The notes under the pieces were generated by a model. The model saw only the letters and a list, made by a program, of their open reading frames with translations. It had not been told where the DNA came from and made no database searches. 64,000 nt of DNA from assembly GCA_043817155.1 (NCBI GenBank), contig JBDRHE010000087.1, forward strand, positions 983 through 64,982, given 5' to 3'. Numbering within the stretch: position 1 is the stretch's first letter; every line of letters starts with the position of its first letter. Both the position numbers and the translations under genes were made by a program. Source of the stretch: Candidatus Omnitrophota bacterium (GTDB lineage Bacteria; Omnitrophota; Gorgyraeia; JABMRN01; RBG-13-46-9). Positions 56,901-64,000 of this stretch are shown piece after piece.

Positions 56901-58596
56901 GGAGAGCAAGATAGCAATGCTTGAAGCTGAATTACAGGCTCTATCCATAGAGAAGGAGAATGCGGGATCAACATTGAATGCCCAGCTCGAGTCAATACAG
57001 ACGGCCCACAGGGCATTGCAGGCGTCCAAGGTATCTCTCGATAACGAAATGAAGGCTTTAAAAGAGTCCCATGCTAACACCGTATCCTATTTGGAGGATA
57101 GGCTAAAGGCTCTTAACGAGTCTAAAGACGAAAAGATAGTGAAGTTAGAAGCCAAGTTGGTAGAGGCCGAAGAAGATAAGATGGCTGCTATCACAAAACA
57201 AAAGAATGAATTTATCGCTCTTGACAAATTTAAAGATGAGGCGCGCATAAAACTTGATAACGAATTCCAGGAGTTGCGCGATCAAAAGAAGAATTCAGAG
57301 TTCAAATTAAACGCCGAAATAATTGCATTGAGAGAGACCGAGCAGGCATTGCGCACTGAGCTGGCAAATATTAACGAATCCAGTGAAGAGACCATTTCAA
57401 AATTGAAGGATGAACTTGGGAAGGTAAACAATGAGTACGCCAAGACCGAATCGGCGCTGGGGGATAGGGTTAAGGCCCTGGAAGAGGAGAATGATGGGCT
57501 GAAAGCCGAGTCTGCTTCGCTTAAGAAATCTAAAGAGGAGACTGTATCGATGCTTGAGGGCGAATTGCTTTCAAGGGACAAGGTCATAAATGTACTAAAG
57601 GGCGGCCTGGCTTCCCTGGAGAGCAGGCATGCCAAGAAAGAGTCGGTTCTACTTAGAGAAGTCGAATCGCTTAAAGCAAGACAGAAGGTTACGGAGGCGA
57701 AGAGCGCTACTTTTGAGGAGGCGGCAAATAACGCTCAAGAGACTCTTCATACTCAGCTTGTCATACTTTCCGAAGGAAGAGAAGATGAATCTATCGAACA
57801 GCTTAAGACCGACCTTAAGTACCTGGGTGTTGGCAAGAAGGAGATAGAAGCGAAGATGAGCGTTGAAATCGCCGCCCTGAGAAAGGCGGAGGTTGTTCTC
57901 AGCAACAGACTCGCTGAACTGGAGAAGTCTAAGGCCGAGGAAGTAATGCTATTGCAAAACAAGCTTTATGAGCTTGAAAAGTCCAAAGAGGAGACTATAG
58001 CAGAACTGAAGAATCGACTTGGTAACATGGATAGAGTTAGTTCAACGGCAGAGACGACATTAGCAGATCAGACAGCTTATCTGGAAGAGACTGAAGCGAA
58101 GCTGAGAAGAGAAGTCGCCGACATCAAGAGATCCCATGACCAGACAGTTGCCGAGTTAAACTCGGAGCTCATCGCGTTACGTGACGAAAAGAGAAGGAAG
58201 GGAACCGATTTGAATAAAGAGATGACTCTGCAAATAGAGAAGGAGAGGCTCCTGAAGACGAGATTAGCAGACGCTGAAGAGGTGAAAAGGTCTCAAGAAA
58301 CCAGACTGACCGCTATGGTATCCAAGATCGCCGACCTGAACAAGGAGAAGGATCTCATTGAAACCGCGCTAAAGGATCAGCTCGCGGTGCTTAAAGCAGA
58401 AAACGCTGAAATAAAGAAGGTGCTGGCAAGCGGATTAAAGGGGTTAAAGAGCGAAATCGAAGCTGCGCAAGAAGAAAATAATAGAATAACAAAGTTGCTT
58501 GCTGTGCTTAAAGAGGATTTAAGGAAATCTAATGAGGAGAAGATGATGCTGAAGAGCATAGTCGATGAGTCTATTGGCAAGCCTGATGGGATATAG
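53947..58596 (+). CDS. Exported 1549-aa coiled-coil protein with N-terminal beta domain
   Basis: SD GGGAGGTG, signal peptide, G.VLYV...DFVFIDL....GDFVEIYRG, E/K/L-rich helical remainder. Confidence 0.88.
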   Translation: MISIIMHKMNRSAVKKMIVCMAIMLICVPRILDAQNMGGKEGSVLYVSDAGDFVFIDLSQIDVKQGDFVEIYRGSKQIASGSIKAPMEKMSEATVLEKNTEVIIGDRIVITASPKRLPPATEKIVIEEDEQDLVEVEEEIGRLPASGEVIREDPEYGELNRRFVLLQDEKAKVFAELNREIASLKSSKRSLEQQLESAERTEGSEEKDLLVKIEDLEQSKKDIMALLNKKIVSIQEESAKTESMLRSEIVALKREKKVSEDDFGIKSKSSKSAIVKSLEKELRELKESKRDEIAKLEKKIAQLEMSNKESEVKLNNLLDEKNVSTEGAEVSKLQKELRELKSEKSQTESKLKNEIESLKDAKGTLKNETAELEKRLLDSERSREEAITGLQKSLDSSNASKDSEVAKLHKELQALKSEKSQTESKLNNEIQSLKNAGESLRVTIANMEKSAAENAAKLENEHRTFKKYSEYEIVNLKDESKNLSREKENMESLLKANDQAHKNQLKELEEARREAIADLENKMLDLKSSKDEAIAGLQKSLDSSNASKDSEVAKLHKELQTLIGERSQTESKLNNEIQSLKDAKVSLKNETAEREKRLLDSERSREEAIAELQKSLNSSNASKDSEVAKLHKELQTLVAEKRETESKLNNEIQSLKNAGESLRVTIANMEKSAAENIAKTKGEHQTFRKYSEYEIANLKNDLENLSSEKENTEAMLKANAETLKNQLNALEEARREAIADLENKTLDLKSSKDEAIASLQKALDSSNASKQLETAKLQDELQVLRAEKNESESKLNSKIQVLVNIESNLKARIADMERSEVEKIEELRKEYGTFKKIAEDGVSKLKGSIEDLSRDKMSMESTLRGEIEALNKQLDELEEAKREAIADLGEKMLDLKKSNEYTTARLQDVVDNRDVKIEAEVSKVEDKFQALRMEKRESESKLKNEIQALANIESNLKDKIADMERSNEEIIAKFKSERFALEKTAESKIAMLEAELQALSIEKENAGSTLNAQLESIQTAHRALQASKVSLDNEMKALKESHANTVSYLEDRLKALNESKDEKIVKLEAKLVEAEEDKMAAITKQKNEFIALDKFKDEARIKLDNEFQELRDQKKNSEFKLNAEIIALRETEQALRTELANINESSEETISKLKDELGKVNNEYAKTESALGDRVKALEEENDGLKAESASLKKSKEETVSMLEGELLSRDKVINVLKGGLASLESRHAKKESVLLREVESLKARQKVTEAKSATFEEAANNAQETLHTQLVILSEGREDESIEQLKTDLKYLGVGKKEIEAKMSVEIAALRKAEVVLSNRLAELEKSKAEEVMLLQNKLYELEKSKEETIAELKNRLGNMDRVSSTAETTLADQTAYLEETEAKLRREVADIKRSHDQTVAELNSELIALRDEKRRKGTDLNKEMTLQIEKERLLKTRLADAEEVKRSQETRLTAMVSKIADLNKEKDLIETALKDQLAVLKAENAEIKKVLASGLKGLKSEIEAAQEENNRITKLLAVLKEDLRKSNEEKMMLKSIVDESIGKPDGI

Positions 58597-58644
58597 GGAG
58601 ATGTCGGTTTTAATATATTTACGAACACCGGAGATGAGAGCTCA

Positions 58645-61600
58645 ATGATTTCAACGCTGACAAAGAGAAGGGTGCCTGTCAAAGCGATGCGCGCGGTGCT
58701 TTGTATAGGGATCATAGTACTTTGTGTTTCGCATATTTCAGGCGCACAGGATATGTCTGCAAAAGAGGGCAGCATACTGTATGTCAGCGACGCGGGTGAT
58801 TTCGTATTTATCGATTTAAGTCAAATTGATGTTGGCTACGGTGATTTTGTAGAGGTTTACAGAGGAAAGGAGCGCATAGCAACCGGGGCAATAAGGGTGG
58901 TTATGGAGGAGATGTCGGAGGCCGTTCTTACGGAGAGCAAGGCAGAGGTCAATATAGGCGATCGTATCGTAATCCCAAAATCTACGAGGAGGTCGCGTGG
59001 CAAAGTTCGTGAGGTCAGAGTCGGAGGAGATACGACTATGGCTAGTGAGAGGCAGGCTCGCCCAGTTGAACCTGAGACGCTTTCCGGTGAAGATTACTTA
59101 ATCGGAGAACAGTATGATGAGGCCTCTCTTCTTCAGGATCAAATGAGTTCGATGGAATCTGAACTGACAAGAGAGATAGAAACCCTCAAGCGCGAAAAAA
59201 CGGAACTTATGCGTAAACTTCAATCTAAGGAAGAACCCGGAAGCGCCAGAGAGATAGAGAAGCTCCGAAATGAGATCAATGAATTGAAGCGTTCCAGGAA
59301 AGAGGTAATGGGGATTTTGAATGACAAGATCGCTTCCACAGAAGATGCGAGAAAGAAGATCGAGAAGGCATTACGGGCGGAGATAGCGGCGCTTAAGATG
59401 AAGAAAGATGTTTCTTCGGAGCCCAAGCCTAAAGAGATAGAAAAAGGATCGTCCGCAAACTCTAAAGAGATTAAAACGTTAAAGGGACAACTTAAAGAAC
59501 TTGAAACATCCAAAAGTGACGCGATAGCCAGTCTCGAGGCAAGAATAGAAGAGTCAGAAAAATCTAGGAAGTATGCCCTGGCTGAACTAGAGAGAAAACA
59601 TGTCGATAAGGAAAGAGAGAGCGTAGCGCAGATATCAAAGTTGAAAGACGAGATCCGGGCGTTCAATAAGGAGAAGAGCGATGCGGGGTTGAAGGTCGAA
59701 GATGAGATCGAATCGTTAAAGAAGAACGAAGAACGCCTCCTTAATAAGGTATCCGCTCTTGAGAAGATCAAGGAGGAGCTCATTTTGCAGCAGAGGATGA
59801 GTTCTAAAAAAGAAAATAGAGAAGCAGGGCTTGAAACAAAAATTGCATCTCTCGAGGGTGAAAACAGGTCTCTTCAGAAAGAGCTTACGACCCTTAAAGA
59901 ATCTCAGGAGAATACACTCTCTTACCTCGAAAGCAAACTTGAAAATGCTAAGAGATCAGGGGACGGGGCTGTTATGCAATTGCAGCAGCAGCTGGACCTG
60001 GAGAGAAAATCCGGGAGAGAGACTGCTGAAAAGATCAAAAATGAGTTTGCAGCTCTTGACAGATCGAAGGAGGAGACGATCGTAAATCTGAGGGACGAAC
60101 TTCAGGGCCTACGCATCCAAAAAGAGAACTCAGAATTTAAGCTCAGCACCGAGATAAATTCTCTGAAAGAGACAGAGCAGGTTTTGAGGAGTGAGCTGGC
60201 GAAAATTAATGAATCGAGCGAAGAGACTATAGAGAAGTTGAAGAATGAGCTCGGAAGGATAAACAACGATTATGCCAAGACCGAATCCGTCTTAGAGGAT
60301 AAGGTAGCGGTTCAGGACCAGACCAATGAGAGATTAAGGATTGAGCTTACCGCGCTTAAGAAGTCTAAAGAAGAGTCCATTGCCAGACTTGCCGGTGAGG
60401 TGCGCACGAAAGAAAAGGCCATAAACGCGCTAAAGGGCGGATATGATGCGTTACAGAACGGGCAGTCAAATAAGGAGGCAATGTTACGCGCAGAAGTCGA
60501 CTCACTTAAGAACAGAGAGAAGGTTTTGCAGGAGAAGATAACTGCTCTTGAGGAGTCTACGCAGAGCGCCCATGAGGCTCTTCGAAGCCAACTTGATATA
60601 TTCGCAAAGGGTAGAACCGACGGATCCATAGAGAAGCTGAAAAAGGATCTCGAAGTCATCGATGAAGAAAAAAGAGTTTTGGAATCGCGTACGAGCGCTG
60701 AAATCGCCGCTTTAAGGAAGACTGAACTTGCCCTACGGACGGAACTGGCTAAATTAGAAAAGACGAGCAACGAGACAATATCAAAGTTGCAGGCCGATAT
60801 TAATAACCTTGGACAATCCAAAACAGAGAATCTGGATCAGCTAAAGAATCAGCTCCGCGATTTGAATAGGATAAGTGTTAAAGCCGAATCTGCTTTGGCC
60901 AATCAGAACTCTCTCTTAAAAGCAACCGTAGAGAAGCTCAAGCTTGAACTTACAGAGGCTAAGAAGACGAACGAAGATATCGTATCCAGAATGAATTCGG
61001 ACCTTGCATCGATGAGAGAAGTAAATATAGATAGCGAAACCGGACTAAAGAGAGAGGTAAACGCTGCAAGGGAGCAGGTGACGGATTTAAAGAGAAGGCT
61101 CAAAGAGGCCGAAGAGGGGAAAGCGGCGCTGGCTACAATGCAAGGAGATATCGAATCTAAACTTAGAGCGCTAAAAGATGAAAGGGATACAATGGATTTG
61201 GGATTGAAGGACAGGATCGCGGAACTCGTATTATTGTCAGAGCAAAAGGCAAAGAACGAAGTCGAGCTGAAGAGAACGGCAAGCGCTTTACAAACAGAGG
61301 TGATGGATCTAAAGCAGAAACTGAAAGAGGGTAGATCTTCAGAAGCACAGGTGATGGATTTGAGGGAGAAACTGAGAGAGGCTGAGAGGGAGAAGGCAAC
61401 GCTGGCTACCAGGCAGGGAGATATCGAATCTCAACTTAGAGAGCTCAAAGACGAAAGAGATGTGGTGGATTTGGGATTGAAGAATAGGATAGCGGAGATT
61501 AAGGCAGAGAATGCCGCTATTAAGAATGTATTGGCAGGCGAACTGCTGGTTGTAAAAGGTGAAATTGAAACCGCGCAGAAAGAGAATCGTGAAATGTCTA

Positions 61601-61704
61601 CACAGTTGCGCAAGCTAAAAGAGTCCCTGGCGGAATCGAATGAAGAGAAACGCATTCTGAAAAATATCGTCCAGAAGTCTCTGGGCATTGAAGATGAAAT
61701 ATAA
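58645..61704 (+). CDS. Paralogous exported 1019-aa coiled-coil protein
   Basis: Near-identical N-domain; shared KENSEFKL..EI and SNEEK..LK.IV segments. Confidence 0.88.
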   Translation: MISTLTKRRVPVKAMRAVLCIGIIVLCVSHISGAQDMSAKEGSILYVSDAGDFVFIDLSQIDVGYGDFVEVYRGKERIATGAIRVVMEEMSEAVLTESKAEVNIGDRIVIPKSTRRSRGKVREVRVGGDTTMASERQARPVEPETLSGEDYLIGEQYDEASLLQDQMSSMESELTREIETLKREKTELMRKLQSKEEPGSAREIEKLRNEINELKRSRKEVMGILNDKIASTEDARKKIEKALRAEIAALKMKKDVSSEPKPKEIEKGSSANSKEIKTLKGQLKELETSKSDAIASLEARIEESEKSRKYALAELERKHVDKERESVAQISKLKDEIRAFNKEKSDAGLKVEDEIESLKKNEERLLNKVSALEKIKEELILQQRMSSKKENREAGLETKIASLEGENRSLQKELTTLKESQENTLSYLESKLENAKRSGDGAVMQLQQQLDLERKSGRETAEKIKNEFAALDRSKEETIVNLRDELQGLRIQKENSEFKLSTEINSLKETEQVLRSELAKINESSEETIEKLKNELGRINNDYAKTESVLEDKVAVQDQTNERLRIELTALKKSKEESIARLAGEVRTKEKAINALKGGYDALQNGQSNKEAMLRAEVDSLKNREKVLQEKITALEESTQSAHEALRSQLDIFAKGRTDGSIEKLKKDLEVIDEEKRVLESRTSAEIAALRKTELALRTELAKLEKTSNETISKLQADINNLGQSKTENLDQLKNQLRDLNRISVKAESALANQNSLLKATVEKLKLELTEAKKTNEDIVSRMNSDLASMREVNIDSETGLKREVNAAREQVTDLKRRLKEAEEGKAALATMQGDIESKLRALKDERDTMDLGLKDRIAELVLLSEQKAKNEVELKRTASALQTEVMDLKQKLKEGRSSEAQVMDLREKLREAEREKATLATRQGDIESQLRELKDERDVVDLGLKNRIAEIKAENAAIKNVLAGELLVVKGEIETAQKENREMSTQLRKLKESLAESNEEKRILKNIVQKSLGIEDEI

Positions 61705-61726
61705 GGCCGCATCAAAGTTAGCGGAG

Positions 61727-61818
61727 TCCCCCGGACTAAAGTCCGGGGCTGCCTCCATCAAAAACACGTATCACCTGCCGTATTCATTCCCGGGCTCAAG
61801 CCCGGGGAATCCTGCGGG
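61727..61818. repeat. Pair of hairpins CCCCGGACTAAAGTCCGGGG and CCCGGGCTCAAGCCCGGG
   Basis: Two related GC-rich palindromes in the intergenic gap. Confidence 0.55.
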
Positions 61819-61855
61819 CGGATCGAACCTACTTATTAAGGGGGTGAAGACCATA

Positions 61856-64000
61856 ATGCCAGTAAGTCCGGCACCGAGAAAAAATCGGAAGGCTGCGTTT
61901 TTTATCATTGCGATCATAGCGCTATCGGTAAATCTTTATGTTGCACAGCGTTGCATCGCCCAGCCGGCAGGCGGGAAAGAAGGGGTTGTCGTTCATGCGA
62001 ACAACAGAGATGATTTTGTATTTATAAATATCGGCTATAGTGAAGTGAACAAGGGTGATTTTGTAGAGATATACAAAGGGTCCAAACGTGTAGCCAATGG
62101 ATTGGTAAAGAACGCCCTCAATGAAGTCTCGGAGGTATCGATCCTTGACAGAAACCAGGCGGTGGATGTCGGGGATAGGATAGTTGTGACAGGTTCGGAA
62201 AGCGGTTTGGCTGCTGCCCCGGAGGGCGCGGATAGCATTTCCAAAGACGCTTCTTTACAGGTTTTGCCGGCAAGCGATAAGGATTTCGCAATTTCGGATG
62301 ATGAAACCGAAAAGGACGATCGGTCTTACGAAGTGCCGGCCGGCGAAGATCGCAGAAATTCGATGCATTCGTTCGAGCTTGGATCCGAAGTTGAATCTTT
62401 AAGAGATACCGAGAAATTATTACGTGAAAAGCTGTCAGATCTTAAGAAGACCAGCCAGTTATCCACTATTAAATTTGAAAACGAGATACGCGAACTTATA
62501 GGTCTGCAGAGATCCAAAGACAAGGCGATAAGCGATCTTGAGGGAGAGCTTGAGAAGTCGAGAAGGGAAAGAGAGGACGCAGAATCCGTTCTTAAGGCCG
62601 AAATAGCTTCTCTTAAAGATAGGGGAAAAAGTTTGGAAGGAAGACTGGAATATTTAGAGGAGTCCAAAGGGTATACAGAAAAGAGCTTGAAAGCGGAAAT
62701 GGATTCGCTTAAAGCGTCCAAAGAAGACGCTATAGGCATGCTCCAGGGAGAGATCACCCGGATCGAGGAGTCTAAAAAAGAATCTATAGCACAGCTTGAG
62801 GAAGAGCTCGAGAATCTCGATAAGTCGCTTTTCAGGTCCAAGGAAGACGCTATTGCCAAGCTCAATGCGAAGATGGGAGAAATAAACGAGGAACGGGCAA
62901 AAAATGAGACTGCTTTTACCGCGCAGATCACATACCTCAAGGATAACGAGATATTATTAAAGAAGGAGATCGAAGCTCTAAATAAATCTAGAGACGATAT
63001 TATTTCGAAACTTGGTGAAGAGCTGAAAACCTTGAGCGCATCCAAAAAGGAAGGTATCACTAGCTTAGATGAGAAGCTAAAGGTTTTAAGGCGGGAGAAG
63101 GCGGAGACCGAAATCTCCCTACAGACCGAGATAGCGTCTTTAAAGGCTACTGAAAAGGCGCTGAAGGAAGCGCTTCTCGATCTCAAGAAGTCTAAGATGG
63201 CCGCACTCACAAAAACCGAAGTTGAAACGCAGGAACTTATAAAGTCGAAAGATGGGATCATCGCAAAGCTAAAGGACGATCTCCTTGGATTGAAAAAGAA
63301 GAGCGAAGAAGAGATATCCGCTTTGAACCTCAGCCTTCTGTCCATGAATGACAAAGGGAAGGTAATGGAGGGGAAATTCGAATATCTTGAAGAGTCCAAA
63401 CAGTTTGCCGAGAAAGCGCACAGAGACGAGTTGCAAGCGCTTAAAGAGTCGCGGGACGCCTCAGTAGCTAAGCTCGAGAACGAACTTCTTACGCTACACG
63501 GGTCCAAAAAGAGTATAGTTCTGGAACTCGAGAATGAGCTGAAGGCAGCAAACCAGGCAAAGGTGGAAATAGAATCTGCCCTTAGCGCCAAGATCGCATC
63601 CCTCAAGGGATCGGAGCTATCACTCCAAAGAGAACTCGCAAATCTCAAGACGTCCAAAGCGGATGCCGTAACCAGTCTCGAAAAAGAGATATTCGATCTT
63701 ACAGCCGCTAAGGACGAAAAGATAGCCTTAATGGAGAAGGAGCTGGCAAGTTTGGGTAGCAATAAGGATGAGCTGGAGTCGAAGCTGAATACCGAAATCG
63801 CGTCACTTAAGAACGTTTCGGCAGCGCAGATAAGTGAATTAGAGAGTGTGAAGAGATCCAGGGACGATGCTATAGTGAATCTTCAAAAAGAGATCGAGGT
63901 GCTGAACAAATCCAAGAACGATATTATGGCGAATTTTGAGAAAGAACTGGCCACTATAACCAAAACCAAGGCTGGTTCGATCGCGAGGCTCGATGAAGAG
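61856..64000 (+). CDS. Third long paralog, truncated by the window edge (not in ORF track)
   Basis: MPVSPAPRKNRKAAFFIIAIIAL... then KEGVVVH...DFVFINIG...KGDFVEIYKG...VGDRIVV, followed by coiled-coil-type sequence. Confidence 0.85.
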   Translation, partial: MPVSPAPRKNRKAAFFIIAIIALSVNLYVAQRCIAQPAGGKEGVVVHANNRDDFVFINIGYSEVNKGDFVEIYKGSKRVANGLVKNALNEVSEVSILDRNQAVDVGDRIVVTGSESGLAAAPEGADSISKDASLQVLPASDKDFAISDDETEKDDRSYEVPAGEDRRNSMHSFELGSEVESLRDTEKLLREKLSDLKKTSQLSTIKFENEIRELIGLQRSKDKAISDLEGELEKSRREREDAESVLKAEIASLKDRGKSLEGRLEYLEESKGYTEKSLKAEMDSLKASKEDAIGMLQGEITRIEESKKESIAQLEEELENLDKSLFRSKEDAIAKLNAKMGEINEERAKNETAFTAQITYLKDNEILLKKEIEALNKSRDDIISKLGEELKTLSASKKEGITSLDEKLKVLRREKAETEISLQTEIASLKATEKALKEALLDLKKSKMAALTKTEVETQELIKSKDGIIAKLKDDLLGLKKKSEEEISALNLSLLSMNDKGKVMEGKFEYLEESKQFAEKAHRDELQALKESRDASVAKLENELLTLHGSKKSIVLELENELKAANQAKVEIESALSAKIASLKGSELSLQRELANLKTSKADAVTSLEKEIFDLTAAKDEKIALMEKELASLGSNKDELESKLNTEIASLKNVSAAQISELESVKRSRDDAIVNLQKEIEVLNKSKNDIMANFEKELATITKTKAGSIARLDEE

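Noticed and set aside
53947-61704. SMC or other chromosome-segregation ATPases
   Set aside because: No Walker motifs or hinge; N-terminal signal peptides are present.
54159-63762. Long minus-strand ORFs (425, 215, 285, 478 aa)
   Set aside because: Ser/Phe/Leu-rich antisense shadows of the E/K-rich coiled-coil genes.

Overview
64 kb of bacterial chromosome with every credible gene on the + strand. Gene content and repeat style suggest an anaerobe, possibly Ca. Omnitrophota (inference only). In order: (1) a sulfur/Fe-S locus (Cys-type Thi4, DUF3343-IscS fusion, PP-loop thiolase, MerR, nifU-nifS); (2) a CsoR-controlled Cus-type RND metal efflux system; (3) two iron/O2-stress and pentose-phosphate blocks sharing a palindromic operator (ferritin, FprA, pgi, tal, pgl, Rrf2, desulforedoxin, rubrerythrin, SOR, Grx/TrxB, Ogg); (4) a Rex-led operon for a group 4 Mbh/Mrp-type [NiFe] hydrogenase, preceded by an NAD(P)H-type diaphorase pair and followed by a stripped-down hyp set; (5) nadE, eukaryote-type hexokinase and a ZIP transporter; (6) at least four related exported coiled-coil proteins. 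No rRNA, tRNA, CRISPR array or classical transposase is seen. Gene junctions hold many small palindromic or tandem-repeat elements. The clearest is a 265-bp GIY-YIG element with 10-bp TIRs and a 4-bp target duplication. It sits exactly on a start codon, uses that ATG, and rebuilds a GTG start plus SD for the host gene. An empty relative and an unrelated repeat family also target (A/G)TGA start sites.
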